Part shown: positions 46,530 to 55,202 of the stretch, in pieces
Layout of the letters: every line of letters begins with the position of its first letter
How positions within the stretch are numbered: position 1 is the stretch's first letter
Origin: an uncultured bacterium
GTDB lineage: Bacteria; B130-G9
DNA: 64,000 nucleotides
Assembly: GCA_965372715.1 (NCBI GenBank)
Contig: CBDVDH010000004.1
Location: forward strand, 1-64,000
Direction of reading: 5' to 3'
Translations under genes and position numbers: made by a program
Notes under the pieces: model-generated
What the model saw: the letters and a program-made list of their open reading frames with translations, nothing else
The model's database searches: none
Told to the model about the DNA's origin: nothing

Positions 46530-48422
46530 TTGAATGGTGAAGTCGTGGAGCAGAGGACTTCTATTCTTGTTGTGGAGGATTCGACCGACCTGAGGGAGCT
46601 TCTGGTTCAGGCGCTTTCGTTGGGGGGGTATCATGTTGAGGCCGCGGACAACGGTCAGTCCGCGCTGGAGGCTCTCGCCAAGAATTCGTTTGACGTGGTT
46701 GTAACCGACATCAGGATGCCGGGCATGGACGGTTTAGCTCTTCTGGACCGTATCTTGGCGATGAATAAGGAGCCTGAGACCGCGGTCATCCTTATGACGG
46801 CCTACATGACCATCGAATCGGCGGTTTCCTCGCTCAAGAAAGGCGCCTACGATTATCTCGCTAAGCCGGTCAAGATCGAGCAGCTGCTGCATACTGTGCA
46901 GACGGTTGTGGATAAGCGGCGATTGAAGCTCGAGAATATCCGGCTGACCAGAGAGCTCACGAGGCTCAATCGGGAGCTCGAAAAGAAGGTCCGGCTGAGA
47001 ACCAAACAGCTCCAGGATTCTCAGGACAAGCTGCAAAGGAGTTACCTGGAAGTAATCAAGTCCTTCGCGGTGGTTCTCGAGGAGCGGGACGCTTACACCC
47101 AGGGCCATTCCTCGCGTGTAACCGAGTACTCGGTCAGGACTGCGACCGAGATGGGTCTAGCCGAAGAACAGATCGTTGCCCTTCAGATAGGTGGCAGTCT
47201 TCACGATATTGGCAAGATAGGTATCCCCGAAGAGGTGCTATGTAAGACAGAAGAACTCACTCGCGAAGAGTGGCGCGTGATGCGCGAGCATCCGGACAAA
47301 GGGGCGCGGATGATTGAGCCGTTGAGTTTTCTGTCCAAGGAGAAGGTTCTTATTCGGCATCACCACGAGCGCTGGGACGGCAAAGGCTACCCCGACCGCC
47401 TCGCCGGCGAGGAGATACCGCTCCTTTCGCGGGTATTGTGCGTGGCGGACGCGTTTGACGCGATGACCTCCACCAGAAGTTACAGGAAGCGGATGACGCT
47501 TGAGACCGCCGTCGAACAGCTTAAGATGAACAAAGGGACGCAGCTTGACCCCACGGTAGTTGACGTTTTTCTCGATTGCCTGGACAAGTACGGGATCATT
47601 ACTTCGATGGACTGCATAATCCTTGCCGCCGGGAAGGGCAAACGGATGGACGGCGATGACCCGAAGGTACTGATTGAGGCGCACGGCAAGCCGCTGCTCG
47701 GTTACGTTCTTGACCTTGTCGCTAAGTTTGGCGTGCGCAAGATATATATCGTGGTTGGTCACGGGGCGGACGAAGTTAAGGAATATGCCGGGAAGACGTA
47801 TTGGCAGACGAAGCCGACCGGCTGGCATGATGCTCTGGGCAGAACCGGGCAGGATGAGCTGATTGAATTTGTGCCTCAAGATGAGCAGCTCGGAACCGCG
47901 CACGCTGTTGCGCAGGTTCTGCCGTATCTAGCTCACTCAAAGAACGGTCTGTTGATTCTCAGCGGCGACGTCCCACTTCTGAGTTTCAACACCGTGAACA
48001 AGATGATAGATGAGCAGATGAGAACTGAGGCCGGACTGGTTCTCGCCACGGCGGACGTTGAGGAGCCCGGTTCTCTGGGGCGGATAACGCGGGCGCCAAA
48101 CGGGCAGTTTGAGGCGATAGTCGAGGCGGCCGACGCCAGCAAGAAGGAGTTGAGGATCAATGAGATCAACGTCGGCGCGTATTGCCTAGCGGGTGATCAT
48201 TGCCTTCTCGACCTCATCAGCGAGGTTCAGACCAACAATGCGCAGGGCGAGTACTACCTGACCGACGCGGTCCGGTTGTTCGCAAAACGTGGCAATCGGG
48301 TGCGTCTCTGCAAGGTTGCGGACAGCCGGGAGGCGCTCGGTATCAATACAATGCAGGACCTCCAGCTGGCCGAGGAATACATCGAAGAGATGAGTCGGTC
48401 TTCTGTAGGGCGGGCTTTCTAG
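46530..48422 (+). CDS. fusion: response-regulator receiver + HD-GYP phosphodiesterase + GlmU-type nucleotidyltransferase domain
   Basis: VVED/TDIRMPGMDG/KP; HDIGKIG and HHERWDGKGYP; LAAGKGKRM..PKVL, QLGTAHAV, SGDVPL, NNAQGEYYLTD. Confidence 0.9.
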   Translation: MNGEVVEQRTSILVVEDSTDLRELLVQALSLGGYHVEAADNGQSALEALAKNSFDVVVTDIRMPGMDGLALLDRILAMNKEPETAVILMTAYMTIESAVSSLKKGAYDYLAKPVKIEQLLHTVQTVVDKRRLKLENIRLTRELTRLNRELEKKVRLRTKQLQDSQDKLQRSYLEVIKSFAVVLEERDAYTQGHSSRVTEYSVRTATEMGLAEEQIVALQIGGSLHDIGKIGIPEEVLCKTEELTREEWRVMREHPDKGARMIEPLSFLSKEKVLIRHHHERWDGKGYPDRLAGEEIPLLSRVLCVADAFDAMTSTRSYRKRMTLETAVEQLKMNKGTQLDPTVVDVFLDCLDKYGIITSMDCIILAAGKGKRMDGDDPKVLIEAHGKPLLGYVLDLVAKFGVRKIYIVVGHGADEVKEYAGKTYWQTKPTGWHDALGRTGQDELIEFVPQDEQLGTAHAVAQVLPYLAHSKNGLLILSGDVPLLSFNTVNKMIDEQMRTEAGLVLATADVEEPGSLGRITRAPNGQFEAIVEAADASKKELRINEINVGAYCLAGDHCLLDLISEVQTNNAQGEYYLTDAVRLFAKRGNRVRLCKVADSREALGINTMQDLQLAEEYIEEMSRSSVGRAF

Positions 48423-48441
48423 CCTGCCTTCCTCTAATAAG

Positions 48442-50718
48442 ATGCGGATTCAGGGAACGGATGGGATACGTCGGCCAACGGCCCTCGATAGCTCTGCCCG
48501 TGTTCGGGGCCTCGGCCCGCTGCAAGCTTTCCTCCAGGCAGGCCTCATCACGCCTAGATTCATGGAGCTCTATGCCTACTCCTTCGTAACCGACCTTCTC
48601 GGGCTCAAGAGACTTGAGCCGGGCGATCCTGTCGTTGTGGGTTGGGACCCGAGAGACCCCGACGGCGATTTCATTGAGCCATTCATACTAGGTATTCGAA
48701 AGGCGGGCGCCGCCGTCTTCTCGGTCGGCGTCGTCCCGACGCCTGCTGTCCCGGCGTATTTGCTCCACGTCGGCGCAGCGGCCGGGGCAATGATTACGGC
48801 GTCCCATAACCTCAAGGATCAAAACGGCGTCAAGCTCTTCTGGGCGAACCAAGGCCTCAAATATCTCCCCTCAGATGACGAGCGCCTCACCGCCGTCATT
48901 TTTGAGCTCGCCGACAGCGTTGATCTACAAGGGCTGGACCCGACCGGTGCGCTGGAAGACCATAACCATGCGGCCTCTGCATTGTTCGAGGAGTTTATGC
49001 TCGACCCGGCCAATAGCTGGCTTGACCCGACCCAGGATGCGGCAGCGCGGCTAAACCTCGATCGCATCGAGCTCGTCGTTGACGCTGCTAACGGCTGCCT
49101 CAGCAAGTTCGCCGGGAAGCTCTTCCGCAAATGGGGCTTCGGCACTGTTCACGAGGTCAACACGTCCGACGCCGGGCACGTGAATGAGGGCGGCGGCGTT
49201 GCGGCGCTTGAGGGGACCGAGATCATTACGCGCGGGGATGTCTTCGCCGGTGAGGGCGGGGGGAGTTCGCCGTTTTCCGAGCACAAGGCCGTCCTTGAGA
49301 TGTTCCGCCTCGCCGACGAGCTGAGAGATGACCTCGTGGCCGGCGATCGTCTGCTGGTTGCCACGGTGTTCGACGCGGACGGGGACCGCTTCTTCCGGCT
49401 CGACTACGCGCCTCATCAAGACGGGCTCATTGTCTCTTCCGGAGATGAGACGGCGTTCTTGCAGGCGAAGTACCTCGTCGAGAGGCGAGCGGTTGCAAAT
49501 CGCCCGCGCATGGTGCACACGGTCGAGAGCGACATCAACGTTGGCGCCTTCGCGGACAAATCACTCAGCGTGAGCCCGGGCATGACAGCCGTCGGCGACA
49601 AATGGGTGCTTTACGAGGCGTTCTCGTCGCTTCTCGAGGGCCGAATGACGTTGCTCAAAAAGCACTTCGCGGAAGGAGGCCAAGAAGACGCAGCAAAGGA
49701 GCTTGAAACGGCTTGGAAAGGGCTCGAAGCGCTCCGTTCGCATCGGTCAAGCGACAGCCAGGTCTATTTCGACCTTCAGTGCCAGGTCGATTGGATTCAG
49801 CAGAAGCACTGCCGCCCCGACGAGATTGCAGCCCTAGAAAAAGACCTCGTCAAACCGGGCGCAATTCCATACCTGATGGGATTCGAGGAGACCGGCCACT
49901 CGATAACTCCCGGTATCCTTGAGACCGCCAACCGCCAATTCGCCGCGCGGCGAACCAACCGCCAATTCGCCGCGCGGCGAATCTCCGGCCTCCGGCCTCC
50001 GACCGCCCGTGGGTTGTTCTTCGCCGGCAACGGTCTGAAGGCCGCCATCAACACGTTCGTCGCGACGCAGACGATGCTTCAGTCGATGGACGTCAGGGCG
50101 TTTCATCACATGATGGCGGCGCCGTTTATGCGCGGCTTCAAACGGACGTTCTATGCTTACTACACGCGGAAGGAGGAGTTCGCGTTCGGCAAGGAATACT
50201 GGCGGCAGTTCGCAGACTGGCTCGAGCGGGAATGCCTCGCTCGGTTTGCCTCGGATTTCGATGTTAAGCGGGTCGAGTTCGCCGAGGACAAGGACATGAT
50301 CTTTATTTCGCTGGCCCCTCATGGCGGCTCAAGGACGGTTGCCTCGATCTTCGTCCGCAACTCCGGCACCGAGGAGAAGACGGGCGTCAACGTCCGCGGC
50401 ACGAAGGAGCTCGCCGAGCTGCTCGACACTGTGGGCGACCTGGCGAGGCGCCGACTGCAAAGATCGGTCAAATCGTCCAGCAGCGATTACGCGGCGGCGG
50501 AGACGATGCTGCTTGCGGAGATGATGCAGCAGGAGGCTCGTGGCGCCGTTTTCGCCGTTGGCGATGCGACGCAGAGGCTGGCGGGCAAGTATCCCAACGT
50601 CGTCCCCGAGCGCTTGCTGCTGGAGATGTTCAAGCAGGACTTCATCTCTATCGAATCGATCACAGAACTGAACGCGCCCCTCCGCCTCACGCCCCTCGCC
50701 CGTTGGTATGTCGGGTAG
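48442..50718 (+). CDS. enlarged phosphoglucosamine-mutase-like alpha-D-phosphohexomutase
   Basis: GTDGIR, ITASHN..QNGVK, VDAANG, FDADGDR, VGDKWV, RNSGTE. Confidence 0.85.
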   Translation: MRIQGTDGIRRPTALDSSARVRGLGPLQAFLQAGLITPRFMELYAYSFVTDLLGLKRLEPGDPVVVGWDPRDPDGDFIEPFILGIRKAGAAVFSVGVVPTPAVPAYLLHVGAAAGAMITASHNLKDQNGVKLFWANQGLKYLPSDDERLTAVIFELADSVDLQGLDPTGALEDHNHAASALFEEFMLDPANSWLDPTQDAAARLNLDRIELVVDAANGCLSKFAGKLFRKWGFGTVHEVNTSDAGHVNEGGGVAALEGTEIITRGDVFAGEGGGSSPFSEHKAVLEMFRLADELRDDLVAGDRLLVATVFDADGDRFFRLDYAPHQDGLIVSSGDETAFLQAKYLVERRAVANRPRMVHTVESDINVGAFADKSLSVSPGMTAVGDKWVLYEAFSSLLEGRMTLLKKHFAEGGQEDAAKELETAWKGLEALRSHRSSDSQVYFDLQCQVDWIQQKHCRPDEIAALEKDLVKPGAIPYLMGFEETGHSITPGILETANRQFAARRTNRQFAARRISGLRPPTARGLFFAGNGLKAAINTFVATQTMLQSMDVRAFHHMMAAPFMRGFKRTFYAYYTRKEEFAFGKEYWRQFADWLERECLARFASDFDVKRVEFAEDKDMIFISLAPHGGSRTVASIFVRNSGTEEKTGVNVRGTKELAELLDTVGDLARRRLQRSVKSSSSDYAAAETMLLAEMMQQEARGAVFAVGDATQRLAGKYPNVVPERLLLEMFKQDFISIESITELNAPLRLTPLARWYVG
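49928..49981. repeat. 27-bp in-frame tandem duplication containing a palindrome
   Basis: ccaaccgccaattcgccgcgcggcgaa x2. Confidence 0.9.
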
Positions 50719-50739
50719 CACTGAGGGGACATTCCGACC

Positions 50740-50969
50740 CTGTCCGTTCACACAACAACGATACATCAGATTCGGCTGATTTTCAAGATCAACGAGCATC
50801 GTCTTCATTCGCGACATAGTCGTCGGAATTAGGCTGTAGGGGCGTGGTCTCAGACCCGCCCGTGTCTGTCAATTCGTTAAATCCGGCGCCATCGATGCAC
50901 CAATCAATTAGAACGGGCGGGTCAAAGACCGCGCCCCTACATCTCCAGAATCGACTTATGGGACAGCCC
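50740..50969. repeat. degenerate copy of the REP-doublet MITE-like element
   Basis: ttcacacaa..gatac, caagatcaacg, REP pair (50836-50861, 50915-50940), caatcaattagaacgggcggg, cgacttatgggacagccc end. Confidence 0.8.
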
Positions 50970-51085
50970 GTTCAGTCAGGTGGCGTCAGGGGCGCACCGT
51001 CCTTATCCTCCTCCTCTCCTCACGGCGGGCCGGGACGCCGATCCACAACCCGAACGTATGGAACAACTTGTGTAGTAGTTTCGTA

Positions 51086-51115
51086 TTGACGTTATATGTT
51101 GTGTTGATGTAAGAT
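51086..51115 (+). promoter_or_regulatory. possible sigma70-type promoter for smc
   Basis: TTGACG-18 bp-TAAGAT in an AT-rich stretch about 50 bp upstream of the ATG. Confidence 0.35.
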
Positions 51116-51167
51116 GCGTTGTGGTTTGGCGCTGTTGGCTTTTTCGTCCTGATTCTGGTCCTGAAGA

Positions 51168-54100
51168 ATGAAGCTGAAAAGCATCGAGTTGGTCGGTTTC
51201 AAGTCATTCCCGCGACGAGTGCGGCTGGAGCTCGCCGACCGGGCGACGGTGCTGGTTGGTCCGAACGGCTGCGGGAAGAGCAATATCTGTGATGCGGTTG
51301 TCTGGGCGTTCGGCGAACAGAGCCCACGCCTTCTACGCGGCCAGCGCATGCAGGAGGTCATCTTCTCAGGCACTGAGGAGCAAAGGCCGATCAACTACGC
51401 GCAGGTTTCCATGCACTTCACCGGCGCGGCCGATTGGCTCAAGGTCAAGTTCGACGAGATCGTCATCTCACGGAAGATGTTTCGGTCTGGCGAGAGCGAG
51501 TTTTCGATAAATCAGGCCCCGTGCCGCCTGCGCGACATTCAGGAGCTCTTCATGGATACGGGCGTCGGGGCCAGGTCTTACTCCGTCATCCCGCAGGGGC
51601 AGATTTCATACCTCATCGACGAGAAACCCTCTGAACGGCGTCTGATCATCGAGGAGGCGGCCGGCATCCAGAAGTATCGTCATCGCAAGAAGATGGCGCT
51701 CGCGCGGCTTGCCGACACCGAGGACAACTTGGTGCGCGTCGATCAGCGGGTTCTTGAGATCTCGCGAACCACTCGGACCCTAAAATCGCAGTCGGAGAAG
51801 GCGCAGCGGTTCAAGGATTTGCAGAAGCGGGCCCGTGATCTGCGGATGCGGCTCAATTGCGCGGAATACACGGAGCTTTCAGAGCGGCTCAGAGCAGAGC
51901 AGGACTCGCAGGAAAGGAATGCGGAGCGAAAGGCCGAGCTCTTGCGTGATGTCGCGAAGACGAAGAATGCCTTGGAGCAGGCACAGAACCGTTTTAAGGC
52001 CCTGTCGGACGAGCGGGATGACCTTGAGCGACGGCTGCGGGAATCGCGAGTCGAGGCCGACTCGCTTCGCCTTTCTACCGGAACGCTGACGGAGAAGATA
52101 CGATCGGAGAACCAGCGCGCCAAATCGTGCCAGGAGGACCTCGGGGAGCTCTCGAAGCAGTCCGAGGAGACTGGCAAAGAGCTTCGGAAGTTTGAAAGGG
52201 AGCACGAGCGTATCACTGCCTCGCTCGCCAAGATCGACGACGGCTCGAGGTTGGCAAAGGCGGCTTGTGACGAGGCGCGACAGGAGCGCAGGAGACTTAC
52301 CGATAGGTTAACCAAGGCGCAGAATCGCTGGATGCAGGCAGCGACCAAGCTGGCGAGGGCTCAGGAGGAGAGCCGGGCCAACACGTTCACGCTCAAGCAT
52401 CTGTCCCAGCAACTCGTTTCGACAAGTGAACACGCGACCGAAAGCCGGACCAGGCTTAATAAGCTCCGGGCGAGGCTTGACCTTGCGAAGGAGCAGGCTT
52501 CAAGCCATCAAGAGCAGCTCGCCTCGCTTGAAGCGGCAAGTGAGTCCTGCTCCAGGGCGCTGTCAGACGCTGCTAGTGCGAGGGACGCGGCGGTTCAGCA
52601 TTGCGCTACGCTGAAATCGAAGCTGGCGTTGACGCGCTCTCGGCTTCAGACGACGCGCGAGCTCTTGAGCCAGCTTGAGGGCTTTCAAGAAGGAATCCGC
52701 GCGGTCGCGAAGGTCTGGAAGGAGCGCTCCTCCGGCGGCGACACACCTGAGGTCATTGGCCACCTGCTCCACGCCAAAGAGGGCTATGAGACGCCCCTGG
52801 AGGCCGTGCTCGGCTCTCGCCTTCAGTGCCTCGTCATGGATGATTTTAGGCAGGTCGGCGAAGCGGTCTCGTACCTTCAGGAGCACAAGGCCGGCAGGGG
52901 CAGCTTCGTCGCAAAGGAGGCGGCCCAAGCGCGCGCCTCGTTCACGTCCGAACCGCACTCGCTGCCCGGCACGCTGGGGCCGGCGCAGAGTTTTGTGGAG
53001 TCCTGCAACTATCCCGATCTTACGAACATGCTGTTGCACGACGTGTGGGTCGTTGAGGACCTTGACCGCGCCGTCTCGCTCTGGGGCGCAGGCGGCAATG
53101 GCGCGACTTTTGTTACGCTGTCCGGCGAGGTTGTTGAGAGCAGCGGCGTAGTCCACGGCGGCAGCAAGGTTCCCGGCGCGCGAGTCTTGACTCGGCAGCG
53201 GGAGCTGTCCGACCTGGAGAAGAGCGAGGAGAAGCTTGTTTCAGACCTCGCAGTGGAGGAGAAGGCGTTGAAGGACGCGAACGAGCTCTATTTGAAGGCC
53301 CAAGAGGCTTCTACCAAGTCGCAGGAGGCCGTGGACGCTGCTCGGCTGGGGCTCATGGACGAGCGGAAGATACTCGAAGGCTTGAGCCGCGAATGCGACC
53401 TGGCCATCGATGAGATGAAGAACCTTCAAGCTCGGGTGCAGGAAATCGACAAGGCCAAGTCGCGATGCGCCGACCGGGACAAGGAGCTTCAGGCCGAGAT
53501 AGCGCAACTTGAGGACGATGGCAAGCAGCTTGAGGTGTCAGTCGAGACGATGCGAGCCGAGGTTGCCATCGACATAAAGAAGAGCTCGTCGCTTGAGAGT
53601 CGGCTGTCCGAGTTCGCGCAGCGCCGGGCCGCGGCGCGGGAGAAGCAGCGCGGCGCGTCGGCGAACTTCTCTCGGCTTGAGGCGGATATGCAGAGTATAA
53701 GGGACAAGGAGCAACAGAAGCAGCGTCTGTTGAGACAGCTCGATGAGGAAGTGGTCAGGCTGCGGCGAGGGCAGACGGAGGGGTCCAAGCGGCTTGCCGA
53801 GCTTGAAAGAGCGATGTCGATGCTCTCATCGAGCCTTGATGAGAAGAGCAAGCAGCAGAATGAGCTGGCGACCAGACGGGAGGTCTTGAGCCGAGAATAC
53901 GACCGTTATCTCGAGCAGGAGCGAAAGGTCGCAGCCTCGTTGAGCGACGCACGCGCACGCGCCTCGTCCCTTGAGGCGCAGCTTGAGGCTTCGCTTCAGC
54001 GCATCGAGGGCGAGATGCCCGGCTTCCCAGAGATGCGGGACGTTGATGGTTTGCTGGCTGAATACGGGCGAGACGGGCCGATTGCGGCCGAGACGCGGGC

Positions 54101-54779
54101 TGAGATGCGGGCCGAGCTGGGAGTCATTTCCGACCGGCTTCAGAGCCTGGGCGACGTGAACTTCGCGGCCATTCAGGACTACAAATCGACAAAGGACGAG
54201 CTCGATTTCCTGAAACGCGAGCGCGGCGACATAGCCCAGTCCGTCAAGCTCATCAATCGCACCATCGGCAAGATTGACAGCGAGGCAAAGCGCCGGTTTG
54301 TTGAGGCGTTCGAGTCGATAAGCGGCAAGTTCGGCCAGCGGTTCACCGACCTATTTGGCGGCGGCACGGCACGGCTCAAACTCGTCGGGAGCGACGACGT
54401 CTTGGAGGCGGGCGTTGAGATAATCGCACAGCCTCATGGCAAGCGTCAGATGAGCGTTGGCCTGCTCTCAGGAGGTGAGAAGGCGCTTGCGGGCATCGCG
54501 CTTACGTTCGCGCTATTTGAGCACCGCCCGGCACCGGTCTGCATCCTGGACGAGATCGACGCGGCCCTTGACGAGGCGAACACGGTCAGGTTCATCGAGC
54601 GGCTGCGCCTCTACAGCCAATCGACGCAGTTCGTAATCATCACGCACAACCGGCGGACGATGGAGATAGCCGACCTCTTGTATGGTGTAACGATGGAGAG
54701 CAAAGGCGTCTCGAAAATCCTGAAGCTCCGCATGGAAGACCTCACGGCGCCCGACGCGAAGGCCAAAGCCGCAAACTAG
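51168..54779 (+). CDS. smc: chromosome segregation protein SMC
   Basis: GFKSF, GPNGCGKSN, coiled coils, hinge (GEVVESSGVVHGG), LLSGGEK, LDEIDAALD, ITH. Confidence 0.97.
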   Translation: MKLKSIELVGFKSFPRRVRLELADRATVLVGPNGCGKSNICDAVVWAFGEQSPRLLRGQRMQEVIFSGTEEQRPINYAQVSMHFTGAADWLKVKFDEIVISRKMFRSGESEFSINQAPCRLRDIQELFMDTGVGARSYSVIPQGQISYLIDEKPSERRLIIEEAAGIQKYRHRKKMALARLADTEDNLVRVDQRVLEISRTTRTLKSQSEKAQRFKDLQKRARDLRMRLNCAEYTELSERLRAEQDSQERNAERKAELLRDVAKTKNALEQAQNRFKALSDERDDLERRLRESRVEADSLRLSTGTLTEKIRSENQRAKSCQEDLGELSKQSEETGKELRKFEREHERITASLAKIDDGSRLAKAACDEARQERRRLTDRLTKAQNRWMQAATKLARAQEESRANTFTLKHLSQQLVSTSEHATESRTRLNKLRARLDLAKEQASSHQEQLASLEAASESCSRALSDAASARDAAVQHCATLKSKLALTRSRLQTTRELLSQLEGFQEGIRAVAKVWKERSSGGDTPEVIGHLLHAKEGYETPLEAVLGSRLQCLVMDDFRQVGEAVSYLQEHKAGRGSFVAKEAAQARASFTSEPHSLPGTLGPAQSFVESCNYPDLTNMLLHDVWVVEDLDRAVSLWGAGGNGATFVTLSGEVVESSGVVHGGSKVPGARVLTRQRELSDLEKSEEKLVSDLAVEEKALKDANELYLKAQEASTKSQEAVDAARLGLMDERKILEGLSRECDLAIDEMKNLQARVQEIDKAKSRCADRDKELQAEIAQLEDDGKQLEVSVETMRAEVAIDIKKSSSLESRLSEFAQRRAAAREKQRGASANFSRLEADMQSIRDKEQQKQRLLRQLDEEVVRLRRGQTEGSKRLAELERAMSMLSSSLDEKSKQQNELATRREVLSREYDRYLEQERKVAASLSDARARASSLEAQLEASLQRIEGEMPGFPEMRDVDGLLAEYGRDGPIAAETRAEMRAELGVISDRLQSLGDVNFAAIQDYKSTKDELDFLKRERGDIAQSVKLINRTIGKIDSEAKRRFVEAFESISGKFGQRFTDLFGGGTARLKLVGSDDVLEAGVEIIAQPHGKRQMSVGLLSGGEKALAGIALTFALFEHRPAPVCILDEIDAALDEANTVRFIERLRLYSQSTQFVIITHNRRTMEIADLLYGVTMESKGVSKILKLRMEDLTAPDAKAKAAN

Positions 54780-55202
54780 CGATTCGGCTGCTGTTGCACG
54801 GGTTTGCGTATGTTTTGATGCACAGTCTGCGTTGCCTGCTTAAGCGCACAGAACTTGCCCGCGTGCAGTTTGACACGTTGCGCCTCAAGTTGTTGCAAGT
54901 CGGCGGCAGGGTGAGGTTCGCCGCACGGCGAACTCGGCGCCGAGCCAGCACAAAAACTCCGTCGAGCCACGCCCCAGGGATTATTACGGCAAAAATCACG
55001 CAAGATGGGCACGAATCAAGCGCATCACAGCGATCTCAGCATTGAATCTCAGGACAATCCCGTCCGCCCCTCCGCCTCAGCATCAACTCACCAACAATCC
55101 AACCTAAGATCCCCAAAGCCTGTCCCAAAACCAGATCAACAACCCAATCTCCACCGTTTATAAATGATCCGGGCTAGGAGTCATGGCCTTGAGCTATTCG
55201 GG

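Noticed and set aside
51168-54779. SMC as part of a Wadjet or Lamassu defence system
   Set aside because: Canonical housekeeping SMC with hinge and typical length; no jet or lmu partner genes are adjacent
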